A program made the translations under genes and the position numbers. Shown one piece after another: positions 17,167 to 24,861 of a stretch of DNA of 57,890 nucleotides. Where the stretch lies: contig CAZNWP010000001.1 of assembly GCA_964576995.1 (NCBI GenBank), positions 1 to 57,890 on the forward strand, written 5' to 3'. The notes beneath the pieces are model-generated. The model was not told where the DNA came from. It ran no database searches and saw nothing but the letters and a program-made list of their open reading frames with translations. How positions within the stretch are numbered: the first letter of the stretch is position 1; each line of letters opens with the position of its first letter. This stretch comes from an uncultured Christensenella sp. GTDB lineage: Bacteria > Bacillota > Clostridia > Christensenellales > Borkfalkiaceae.

Positions 17167-18724
17167 AACACACCTCCTTATAAAGACTGTAGAATGACGT
17201 AGGTTCTCCATTTACATCAACAGGAATATTCCATAAAATCCGAGCCAACAATTTATACGCTAAACTCCTTAATTTGTAGCAGTATGTTATCGATATCCCT
17301 AATTCGTTTGCAATTTGCAAAGTGGTTTTTTCTCTGCAACTAAAATATGCCTCTTTCATTATGTAGTAGAGTTTCTCTCCTTTTTCGGGAAATCTACTTA
17401 ATCTCTCTGTGGCATTCTTCAAAGCCTTCAACAATACATAAATGTTTCTAATTGAAGCAATCTCTGATTGCAAAGACTTATTTGCTGGTTCCCAACAAAT
17501 TAGTTTCTCAAACGATATTTCTTTGGGTAAGCCGTATTCTTTGTACAAATTTTCTTTTAATAAACCTAGTTCAAAATAATACGTCCTATACATCTGCATA
17601 GCCAGTAACACTACTCTTTTTTTTGCCGATTCAAAATTTTTCAATGACATTTCTCGTACATCACTTTTAGCTGAGGCACCTTTACTTCTTAGCATTTTTG
17701 TTCTCCTTTTTTCCGACAATCCAAGAAGCTCACATGGACCACGTATTTTATTTTTTCTAAACTTTACCTTTGTAGATATATAAATACCTTTGCAGTCATA
17801 CCAATAATTACAGAAACTCCAACACGGAGAAATATACGCGCGTATTATATAATCAAAAAGTGCAACGCTATTTTCTTTTTGAAAATACTTTTCAATTAAT
17901 AATTCACTATATTCGTGTATGAGTACAGCTAAATTAGAATGCCTACAATCAATTCCATACTCGTTAAAAATCTCTTTTGTTTTTATCAATATTGCTTCAA
18001 TCTTTTCTGAATCAGGAATTTGAATCTCTTTATTTACTGGATAAAGTTTGTTGTAGATTAAGCAACCGTAAGTTCCGGGTAGACGTATTAATTTATATAC
18101 CTCCTTGTTTTTTTGGAAAAATCTCCATGTCTTTGTCTTCTCCCAGCCCCAACGCTTACTTAGAGCTTCTAAAGACAAAAACGAAAAAAAATCGCCAAAC
18201 GTGACACCTGGAGAAAAAAAAGTTAAAAAATTTTTTTGATCATTAAAAATGGTATGTATCCAAAGATCTAACCAAGCGTCAGATTCTTCAAATACATACC
18301 CTTTTTCAATAAGTCTTTCAGTAATATTTCTTGGAACACAAATAAAACCAAATTCATTTGTTGCATACACATTATCGTTTTCACATTCTGCCCCAGAACA
18401 CTCAAACACGTAATCTAAAATCTTATACCTAAGTTTTTTTGTATCTCCCTCCAATTCATATTCTATATATCCAAGTTCGGATAGTTTACTCAAAATATCT
18501 AAAGCTTTTTGTTTATTCGAAACTTCTAGGATACTTTTAAGCCCCATAACGCCTCCGACCCATTCTCCCACCTCAACTTTATTTACGTGGCCGCAATAAA
18601 ATGCGTTTCCTTTTCTAAAAGCAACGCGTGAAGCAAGTTTAGCCCAATATCCCATAATCCCTTTTCCGCGAGGCAATAGATCCCTTCTTAACTTTACCCA
18701 TTTGTACTTAAATAGACATTTCAT
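17156..18724 (-). CDS. 522-aa DNA-binding protein: phage/plasmid-type winged-helix region plus C-terminal sigma-70 region-4-like HTH
   Basis: SLEALSKRWGWEKTKTWRFFQ resembles phage replisome-organiser-type wHTH segments. C-terminus LQIANELGISITYCYKLRSLAYKLLARILW aligns with the 16549-17166 product. AGGAG RBS. Confidence 0.55.
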   Translation of the reverse strand: MKCLFKYKWVKLRRDLLPRGKGIMGYWAKLASRVAFRKGNAFYCGHVNKVEVGEWVGGVMGLKSILEVSNKQKALDILSKLSELGYIEYELEGDTKKLRYKILDYVFECSGAECENDNVYATNEFGFICVPRNITERLIEKGYVFEESDAWLDLWIHTIFNDQKNFLTFFSPGVTFGDFFSFLSLEALSKRWGWEKTKTWRFFQKNKEVYKLIRLPGTYGCLIYNKLYPVNKEIQIPDSEKIEAILIKTKEIFNEYGIDCRHSNLAVLIHEYSELLIEKYFQKENSVALFDYIIRAYISPCWSFCNYWYDCKGIYISTKVKFRKNKIRGPCELLGLSEKRRTKMLRSKGASAKSDVREMSLKNFESAKKRVVLLAMQMYRTYYFELGLLKENLYKEYGLPKEISFEKLICWEPANKSLQSEIASIRNIYVLLKALKNATERLSRFPEKGEKLYYIMKEAYFSCREKTTLQIANELGISITYCYKLRSLAYKLLARILWNIPVDVNGEPTSFYSLYKEVCYGK

Positions 18725-18737
18725 AATTTACTCCTAA

Positions 18738-18762
18738 ATAAAAAAAGCCGATTTTCATCGAC
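18738..18762 (-). terminator. Small terminator-like hairpin at the island edge, between the truncated PBP and the 522-aa gene
   Basis: Minus RNA GUCGAU-GAAA-AUCGGC (6 bp with one G-U, GNRA loop) followed by U7. It sits directly before the AGGAG of the 522-aa gene. Confidence 0.45.
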
Positions 18763-18823
18763 TTCTTCACTTAAAAATTTTATTTGGTTGTTTATTATTA
18801 TATACTATGTATATAATACTCAT

Positions 18824-20377
18824 CTATAAATTACTACACATCCAATGGTACGAAACTCCCGTCTTTCCCGCGACGCGGTATCCTTCTATATACGCGTTTT
18901 TACCCGATCCGTCCGACACGACTTTTTCAAGCATCGACGACACGATTTTCGAAGCGCGTTCACTTATAGGTTCCGACTTTACTTTAGGATAAACGCGTTC
19001 CGCGATTATTCCGTTTTCGTTGTATATCTCACTCACAAGATACGGCGTATAATATTTTCCGCCGTTTATAGCCGCCGCGGTAGCCGACGCAAGTTGCAAA
19101 GCCGTAACCGCTATCGTCTGCCCGAACGCTATTCTCGCAAGATCGACGTTTTGCACCGCGGACACGGGAAGCACCATACCTTGCGATTCGCCTCCGAAAT
19201 CTATACCCGTAACGCTTCCGTAATTGAACGCTTCTATATACTTATACATCGTTTCTTTTCCGAGCGACGTAGCAATATCGACGAAAATCGGGTTACAACT
19301 GTTGTTTAACGCACCTTGAAGGTTTAAGTTTGAGTGTTTGCCGTTATTGTGCATACTCCAACACTTGACTTTCTGACCGTCTACGTAACGATAGCGAGAC
19401 GAAGAAAACACGTGTTCCGTCGAGTACGCCGACTTATTTTTATCGAGGTATTCCTGAACGTTTGCGGCGGCGGTTAAAATCTTAAAAGTCGACCCCGGTT
19501 CGTACACGTCGCAAACTATCGAATTTCTACCGAGCGCGTTTAACAGACTTATATCGTCTCGCGGAATTTCGTTGAGATTAAACGACGGCTTAACGCACAT
19601 CGCTCTGATTGCGCCCGACTGAGGATCTAAAATGAGAATTTTCACAGACTTCGCGCCGTGAATTTTCATTGCTTTATCCGCAGCCGCTTCGCATAATTGT
19701 TGAACTTCGTAGTCAACGGTAAGTTTAAGGTTTAACCCGTTTTTAGCGGGAATATACGACGCTTTTCCTCCGTCGATTTCAACGCCTACTATGTCGGTTT
19801 CGTATAAAATTTCGCCGTTCGTACCCGACAAATATTTATCGTAATAAAGTTCGAGCCCCGACTGTCCCTTTCCGTCCGTCGAAGTAAAACCTAACACCGC
19901 GGTCAAAAACTCGTTATACGGATACACCCTCGAATTATCGCGCGAATAATACACTCCGCTTAAACTTCTCTTTAAGAGCGCGTCGATTTTTTCTTTCGGC
20001 ACTTGTTTTTTCAATGTAATTTCGCTCGACGAAGTTTTTTCCAACCGACTTTTTACGTACTCTTCGCTAAGTTCTAAAATTTCCGTCGCAGCGGAACACA
20101 ATCCGTTTACGTCGGTTACCGCTTTTTTTCTCACGAAAACGGTATAAGTATCGTCGTTATCGGCTATTATTACGCCGTTTCTGTCGGTAATTTTTCCGCG
20201 CGCGGCTACGACGGGTATCTCTCTCGTCCATTGATCCAATGCCTTTTCTTGTAAATTTTCGCCGTTTATTACTTGTACGTATAATAATCTACCGAAAACG
20301 CACAAAAATAAAAAGGCTATCGCGATCGTTATCGCAAATAACCTCTTTCGTAAAACCGTTATGGAATAATCGTTTAT
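18824..20377 (-). CDS. Class B penicillin-binding protein (FtsI/SpoVD/PBP2B-like transpeptidase), 3'-truncated at the island junction
   Basis: STFK, SCN and KTG motifs are present. The ORF ends 11 codons after KTG (GKTGVSYHWMCSNL*), with no rest of the TP domain or PASTA. The track starts at a TTG at 20305 inside the membrane anchor. The in-frame extension (INDYSITVLRKRLFAITIAIAFLFL) has AAGGAG plus 9 nt before an ATA at 20377. Confidence 0.8.
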   Translation of the reverse strand: MNDYSITVLRKRLFAITIAIAFLFLCVFGRLLYVQVINGENLQEKALDQWTREIPVVAARGKITDRNGVIIADNDDTYTVFVRKKAVTDVNGLCSAATEILELSEEYVKSRLEKTSSSEITLKKQVPKEKIDALLKRSLSGVYYSRDNSRVYPYNEFLTAVLGFTSTDGKGQSGLELYYDKYLSGTNGEILYETDIVGVEIDGGKASYIPAKNGLNLKLTVDYEVQQLCEAAADKAMKIHGAKSVKILILDPQSGAIRAMCVKPSFNLNEIPRDDISLLNALGRNSIVCDVYEPGSTFKILTAAANVQEYLDKNKSAYSTEHVFSSSRYRYVDGQKVKCWSMHNNGKHSNLNLQGALNNSCNPIFVDIATSLGKETMYKYIEAFNYGSVTGIDFGGESQGMVLPVSAVQNVDLARIAFGQTIAVTALQLASATAAAINGGKYYTPYLVSEIYNENGIIAERVYPKVKSEPISERASKIVSSMLEKVVSDGSGKNAYIEGYRVAGKTGVSYHWMCSNL

Positions 20378-20432
20378 TTTCTTTTTCTCCTTTCGGTTTA
20401 TATTAAAATTTATTCTCTAAGATAAAATTATA

Positions 20433-21077
20433 TTACTTTTTTATCATTCCGTATTCGCTTTCAGCGATTTCCGCTACGTAAGCGTCGGAGGACACGGCGT
20501 CGATTTCCGCAGCGACGGTGTTATATTCCGCAACGACGGCGTTAAGTTTCGCGGAGGTTTCCGCGTTACCCTTAGAGAGCATCGCAAGCACGCCCGTATT
20601 CAATACGATAAGCGTTAATATAAGCGCGACTGCGATAGCGTACAAAGCAACGACGAGTTTACCCTTTGCGTTTAAACGGTAACCTTCGCTTACTTCCTCT
20701 TTTTGTTTCGCCATATCGTTAAATACTTGCGCGTTGTCCGCGGTATCTCCGAACTGCATCGTCGTGGAAGTAGGTTGTATATCCTCGTCGGTAGCGGTTT
20801 CAACTCTCGCTTCGACGGGAGTTTCTTCTATTACGGGCGTTTCGCTTTGCGCGATAACGGTCGAAGCCGCTTCCGCGATTTCTTCATCCTTATATTTTTC
20901 GTAATTCATAATACGGTCGAGATTTTTTTGCATTCTCGCCTTGGCTTCTTCTAAATCGGTATCGCAAACGGGCTCGCTCATATAATCCCTATACGAGTCG
21001 GGCATTTTACGTTCTAAAACGTCCACCGCGGCGTTGCCTGCCGATACAAAACTTATGGGTCTCCTTGTCGTTATCAT
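20433..21077 (-). CDS. FtsL-like cell-division protein with long cytoplasmic N-terminus
   Basis: Positioned between rsmH and the PBP. Single TM (LVVALYAIAVALILTLIVLNTGVLAML), then a coiled region ending AEIAESEYGMIKK as in FtsL/DivIC proteins. Confidence 0.55.
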   Translation of the reverse strand: MITTRRPISFVSAGNAAVDVLERKMPDSYRDYMSEPVCDTDLEEAKARMQKNLDRIMNYEKYKDEEIAEAASTVIAQSETPVIEETPVEARVETATDEDIQPTSTTMQFGDTADNAQVFNDMAKQKEEVSEGYRLNAKGKLVVALYAIAVALILTLIVLNTGVLAMLSKGNAETSAKLNAVVAEYNTVAAEIDAVSSDAYVAEIAESEYGMIKK

Positions 21078-21112
21078 AATTTTCTCCTTTAATAGGTTTA
21101 TTATTGCGGATA

Positions 21113-22054
21113 TTAAATTATTTTTTCCGCTATACGAAGTTTCGCGCTTTTCGACCGACCGTTTTCCGCTTGCTCTTTTTCGCTCGCGACGACGGGTTTT
21201 TTAGTAATAATCTCTATTTCTTTTTTCTTTCCGCATACGCATACGGGAAGACTTTTATCGCAAATGCAATCGGTTTCAAGTTCCTTAAAAACCTTTTTGA
21301 CTATTCTATCCTCTAACGAATGAAAGGTTATTACCGCGATGCGTCCGCCTTTTTTTAGCCCGCGTATCATATCGGTAACCGCTTCGCCGAGTCCGTCGAG
21401 TTCGCCGTTGACTTCTATTCTCAACGCTTGAAAAGTCCGTTTCGACGGGTGCCCGTCTTTTTTAAACTTCTGCGGTATGCTCTTTTCGATAACCGCGTTA
21501 AGTTCGCCCGCGGTGCTTATCGGCTTTACCGCTCTCGCTTTAACGATATTGAAAGCAATTCTATCGGCAAACCGTTCTTCACCGTATTCCGTTAAAATGC
21601 GTTTCAACTCACGTTCTCCGTATTCGTTCACGATCGTCAACGCCGAAAGAGGATTGCTTTTATCCATTCTCATATCGAGAAGTTCGTTATCCGCCATGTA
21701 TGAAAATCCGCGGCTTCTGTCGTCGAGTTGAAAACTCGAAACTCCTAAATCGAGAAGTATTCCGTCAAAACCGTCTATTTTAAGGTTTCGTTTTATCTCG
21801 GCGAAATTCTTGAAATTATCTTTAACGATCGTAAATCTGCCGTCGAACTCTTTTAATCTTTCCGTCGCTCTTTTAATCGCGTAATCGTCTAGGTCGGTTG
21901 CGACTAATTTTCCGTGAGGTGCGCTTTTCTTTAATATCTCGTAAGAATGCCCGCCTCCGCCGAGAGTGCCGTCGAAATAAATTCCTCCGTCTTTGACGTT
22001 AAGCCCGTCTATACTCTCGTTTAACAGTACCGAAACGTGTTTATACTCACTCAT
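21113..22054 (-). CDS. rsmH: 16S rRNA (cytosine1402-N4)-methyltransferase RsmH
   Basis: HVSVLLNESIDGL...DGTLGGGGHS...DLGVSS. Start set to the second ATG (MSEYKHVSVLL), which overlaps the mraZ stop in ATGAGTGA. Confidence 0.93.
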   Translation of the reverse strand: MSEYKHVSVLLNESIDGLNVKDGGIYFDGTLGGGGHSYEILKKSAPHGKLVATDLDDYAIKRATERLKEFDGRFTIVKDNFKNFAEIKRNLKIDGFDGILLDLGVSSFQLDDRSRGFSYMADNELLDMRMDKSNPLSALTIVNEYGERELKRILTEYGEERFADRIAFNIVKARAVKPISTAGELNAVIEKSIPQKFKKDGHPSKRTFQALRIEVNGELDGLGEAVTDMIRGLKKGGRIAVITFHSLEDRIVKKVFKELETDCICDKSLPVCVCGKKKEIEIITKKPVVASEKEQAENGRSKSAKLRIAEKII

Positions 22055-22478
22055 CGTCTTGTAAACTTCCGAAAGCGTCGGCAAGTTCGCCGAAGTCGAC
22101 GTTATTAAAGTAATCGTTCCACACTTCCTCGCTCCAAATCTCCACGCAGTTAGGTCCCTTAAACACGACGACGTTTTTTTCTATCTTGGCGTATTTGCGG
22201 AGGTTTTCAGGTAAAAGTATTCTGCCCTGTTTATCTTCTTCCGCTTCCCAACTGTTGTAGAGAATATATCTCGCGACTTGCAACTGCTTTTCTTTGAAGG
22301 GGTTAATTTTTTTAAGCGCGGCTTTCACGCTTTTCATCTGTTCCGCGGTGTAGACGTACAAGCAACCGCCCGTTCCCACGGTAACGGTATAGCCGTCGCC
22401 GAGTTCTTCGCGCAGTTTAGCCGGTATTCTCATTCTGTTTTTCGCGTCTAATTGGTGCGTGTAATTTTTGCCTGACAC
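22047..22478 (-). CDS. mraZ: Transcriptional regulator MraZ
   Basis: GKNYTHQLDAKNRMRIPAKLREELG plus a second SpoVT/AbrB-like repeat. GTG start. First gene of the dcw cluster. Confidence 0.93.
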   Translation of the reverse strand: MSGKNYTHQLDAKNRMRIPAKLREELGDGYTVTVGTGGCLYVYTAEQMKSVKAALKKINPFKEKQLQVARYILYNSWEAEEDKQGRILLPENLRKYAKIEKNVVVFKGPNCVEIWSEEVWNDYFNNVDFGELADAFGSLQDDE

Positions 22479-22514
22479 GGAACTTACCCCTCCTTTTTCT
22501 TATTGTGTATGAAA

Positions 22515-22543
22515 ATTGTATCATATATTTTGCCCACTGTCAA
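22515..22543 (-). promoter_or_regulatory. dcw/mraZ promoter with overlapping GTGG direct repeats (MraZ-box-like)
   Basis: Minus strand TTGACA (22543-22538), 17 nt, TACAAT (22520-22515). AAAGTGGttgacaGTGGG gives two GTGG repeats 10 nt apart spanning the -35. Confidence 0.65.
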
Positions 22544-22583
22544 CCACTTTTAAAGATTTTTTTTGATTTTTTTAAAATTTTTA

Positions 22584-23351
22584 TCAGAATTTTCGGAGAC
22601 GATTAACCACTTTTTCAAAAAAAAACCTGTTAAAGCGGGCGTTTTCGCCGACAAATCTTAACTCAAATCCCTTGTTATTTACTGACGATTTTAAGTTTTT
22701 AAGTTTTTTACTTACGACTTTTGCGGTATAAAAATTTCCGTTAGATATAATTTTTGGCTTAAAGTGGTTAAAAATTTTATTTTGAACGAAAGCGTAGTGC
22801 GTGCAACCTAAAATCACGTTATCGAACGCGCCCGTTTTATCGTATGCGGACAAGCCACCAAGCGTTAACGCCTTAGTAAGTTCTCCGTCAACGTCTGAAT
22901 TTTCTAAATTTCCCGCATTGTTTTCTATCGTAGCGGCAAGATTCGGAAGTGCGACGGGATAAACGTTATCGTATCGGGCGGTTCGACGATAATTCTCTAT
23001 CGTTCTCGGCGTTGCAAGAAACAAAGTCCGCTCGCCGGATAACGCAGCTTTCTCAACGGGCGGAAAAACGCCGAACGTCGGAACGTTTATAATCGAACGC
23101 AAATTTTCCGATACGGTTACGGACAAAGTATTGCAAGCAAGAACGATAGCCTTTAAGCCAAACGAATCGAGATAAAAAATATTCCGCGCGGTAAGCAAAA
23201 GCAAATCTTTTTCGGTTCTGCTGCCGTACGGAGCGTTTTTATTGTCGCCGAAGTACAAATATCTCTCGTTCGGCATAACTTTAATCAGTTCGAGCAGCGT
23301 CGAGATTCCCCCGACTCCGCTGTCTAAAACACCTATATAACCGTTATTCAT
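22584..23351 (-). CDS. murI: Glutamate racemase
   Basis: IGVLDSGVGGIST, LACNTLS, LGCTHY motifs. Start placed at MNNGYIGV (the track extension has no RBS and is atypical). Confidence 0.9.
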   Translation of the reverse strand: MNNGYIGVLDSGVGGISTLLELIKVMPNERYLYFGDNKNAPYGSRTEKDLLLLTARNIFYLDSFGLKAIVLACNTLSVTVSENLRSIINVPTFGVFPPVEKAALSGERTLFLATPRTIENYRRTARYDNVYPVALPNLAATIENNAGNLENSDVDGELTKALTLGGLSAYDKTGAFDNVILGCTHYAFVQNKIFNHFKPKIISNGNFYTAKVVSKKLKNLKSSVNNKGFELRFVGENARFNRFFFEKVVNRLRKF

Positions 23352-23425
23352 AGTAAATTTTATGATAATATTCGGCGATTTAGGTAAAAACAAATTAAAA
23401 AGATAAAAAACAAGCGTAAATGTAG

Positions 23426-23454
23426 TTGCTTTTAATATTTTTTTATGTTAAAAT
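23426..23454 (+). promoter_or_regulatory. rpsT promoter
   Basis: TTGCTT (23426-23431), 17 nt, TAAAAT (23449-23454), with TG at 23446-23447 (extended -10). Confidence 0.6.
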
Positions 23455-23495
23455 ATTTAGCGAATAAAAAGATTATTTTAAGGAGCGCATATAAA

Positions 23496-23927
23496 ATGCC
23501 AAATATTAAATCCGCAAAAAAGAGAGTATTGGTTAACTCTAAAAAAACCGAACAGAACAAAGCAATTCGTTCCGCTTTTAAAACCGAAATAAGAAAGGTC
23601 GAAGCGCTTATCAAAGAAAACAAGTTAGAAGAAGCGAAAGCCGCTCTTCCCGAAGCCTTCAAGGTTATCGACTCCGCCGCTACCAAGAATATAATTCATT
23701 CTAACAACGCGGCTCACAAGAAAGCGAAACTTTCCAAGAAAATCTCCGACGCGTCCGCAACCGTCGTTGCAGCACCCGTTGAAGAAGTTAAACCCGTAGA
23801 AGAAGTTAAGGTTGAAGATTCCGTAGCGGAAGCAACGGAAGAAGTTAAACCCGTTAAAAAGACTACGAGAAAAACTACCGCTAAAAAAACCGTCGCTAAA
23901 AAAGACGCGGAAGAAAAAGCGGAATAA
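23496..23927 (+). CDS. rpsT: 30S ribosomal protein S20 with about 60-aa C-terminal repeat/lysine-rich extension
   Basis: MPNIKSAKKRVLVNSKKTEQNKAIRS... AAGGAG RBS at 23479-23484. Canonical S20 ends near ...KAKLSKKI; 60 more residues follow. Confidence 0.92.
   Translation: MPNIKSAKKRVLVNSKKTEQNKAIRSAFKTEIRKVEALIKENKLEEAKAALPEAFKVIDSAATKNIIHSNNAAHKKAKLSKKISDASATVVAAPVEEVKPVEEVKVEDSVAEATEEVKPVKKTTRKTTAKKTVAKKDAEEKAE
23781..23854 (+). repeat. In-frame direct repeats inside the rpsT tail
   Basis: 17-nt gaagaagttaaacccgt occurs at 23781-23797 and 23838-23854 (57 nt apart), plus an 11-nt copy at 23799-23809. They encode EEVKPV / EEVK units. Confidence 0.85.
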
Positions 23928-23946
23928 TTTCGTTTATGCAAATTTT

Positions 23947-23976
23947 ACGGCGTGCCACTAGGTGCGCCGTTTTATT
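23947..23976 (+). terminator. rpsT rho-independent terminator
   Basis: acggcgtgcc-acta-ggtgcgccgt (10 bp including two G-U pairs that exist only in the plus RNA), followed by UUUUAUU. Confidence 0.65.
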
Positions 23977-23982
23977 ATGCTA

Positions 23983-24678
23983 TTATTTAGTTAAATAACC
24001 GACTACCCCCTTAAATATCGCGTACGACACCGCGTTTTGATATTCTTCCGTTATTAAAAGAGCCTCGTCTTGCGGATTGGATAAAAATCCGCACTCGACA
24101 ATAACCGACGGAACGTCTGAACAGTTTAGAATAAAATAATCCCCCGTCAACGCGGAATACTCGCGAACGCATTCTTCCATACCGTTAAAACTGTTTTGTA
24201 TACTGTCGGCAAGAAATTTCCCACTTTCATCGCCTTTTTTGTAAAACACTTGCGCACCGCGTCTGCTTTTTTGAGCGTAATTATTCATGTGCACGCTGAT
24301 AACCAACGCGGGATTTTCTTTCTCGATAATCTCTTTCCGCTTCTTCATATCTCTCTTTTTAAGATTTCCCGTCGCCGCGCCGTAGAGTCCCGCCGAGGAA
24401 CTGCGAGTCAAAACGACGGTCATCCCCGCGTCGACGAAGTATTTTTCGAGCCGCTTTACCACCGCGAGATTTAATTCGCTCTCCTTTACCCCCGTATTTA
24501 CACCCGATACGCCACCGTCTATACCGCCGTGCCCCGCGTCAAGAACGATTTTAATCTTAGACGCGTCGAGACTTCCAGATGCGGTTTTCGACAACGCGCT
24601 TAAACAAAACGCCATAGTAAGCGCGGTTATCACGAGAACGGTTACTATAAGAATACTTCGTCTTTTTAATACTATCAT
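23983..24678 (-). CDS. cwlD: N-acetylmuramoyl-L-alanine amidase, CwlD-type (germination-specific)
   Basis: N-terminal TM, then VLDAGHGGIDGG, ESELNL, ISVHMN, ECGFLSN. Confidence 0.85.
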   Translation of the reverse strand: MIVLKRRSILIVTVLVITALTMAFCLSALSKTASGSLDASKIKIVLDAGHGGIDGGVSGVNTGVKESELNLAVVKRLEKYFVDAGMTVVLTRSSSAGLYGAATGNLKKRDMKKRKEIIEKENPALVISVHMNNYAQKSRRGAQVFYKKGDESGKFLADSIQNSFNGMEECVREYSALTGDYFILNCSDVPSVIVECGFLSNPQDEALLITEEYQNAVSYAIFKGVVGYLTK

Positions 24679-24794
24679 ATATCTCCTTAACGAAAGTTAT
24701 CGACAATTCCACATTTTTAATTGTTAATAAAAAGTATAATTGTTGATAACCTCTATTATTATACGGTTTTCCGTCCGTAAATATGATAACAGTT

Positions 24795-24837
24795 AAAACG
24801 ACAAAACGAAAACTCCGCAATGAAAAGCGGAGTTTTC
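24795..24837 (-). terminator. Rho-independent terminator after pfp
   Basis: Perfect 11-bp stem gaaaactccgc / gcggagttttc (24808-24818 / 24827-24837), 8-nt loop, then GUUUUGUCGUUUU on the minus strand. Confidence 0.8.
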
Positions 24838-24861
24838 TGTTATATTACGATTGAATACGTA

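Larger units (their letters stand above)
1..18846. other. AT-rich accessory genomic island (partial; left boundary lies outside the window, right boundary inside the PBP gene)
   Basis: Abrupt composition change at about 18,846. Hand counts: 1-60 = 16/60 GC with 0 CpG; 19021-19080 = 28/60 GC with 6 CpG. Content is helicases, nucleases and phage-type regulators. No integrase or att repeat is visible in the window. Confidence 0.7.

Noticed and set aside
16549-17211. Long N-terminal extensions proposed by the ORF track for several genes (16549-17211, rsmH 22084, murI 23393, rpsT 23445, pfkA 27134, dnaE 30903, M16 36681, MBL 42198, recJ 46673, rluD-like 53617).
   Set aside because: In each case an internal ATG matches the family N-terminus. 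In most cases (not murI) it is also preceded by a Shine-Dalgarno sequence at 5-9 nt, and it often removes an implausible overlap with the upstream gene.
18845-19309. 154-aa plus-strand ORF antisense to the PBP gene.
   Set aside because: It is an Arg-rich shadow frame of CpG-rich coding sequence. The opposite strand carries the SxN and KTG motifs of the PBP.
23432-23941. Minus-strand ORFs 23432-23686 and 23714-23941 opposite rpsT.
   Set aside because: They are antisense to an unambiguous S20 gene with its own promoter, RBS and terminator.
24557-24820. 87-aa minus-strand ORF spanning the cwlD start and upstream intergenic region.
   Set aside because: It overlaps the cwlD N-terminus out of frame and runs through the pfp terminator hairpin. 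It has no RBS.
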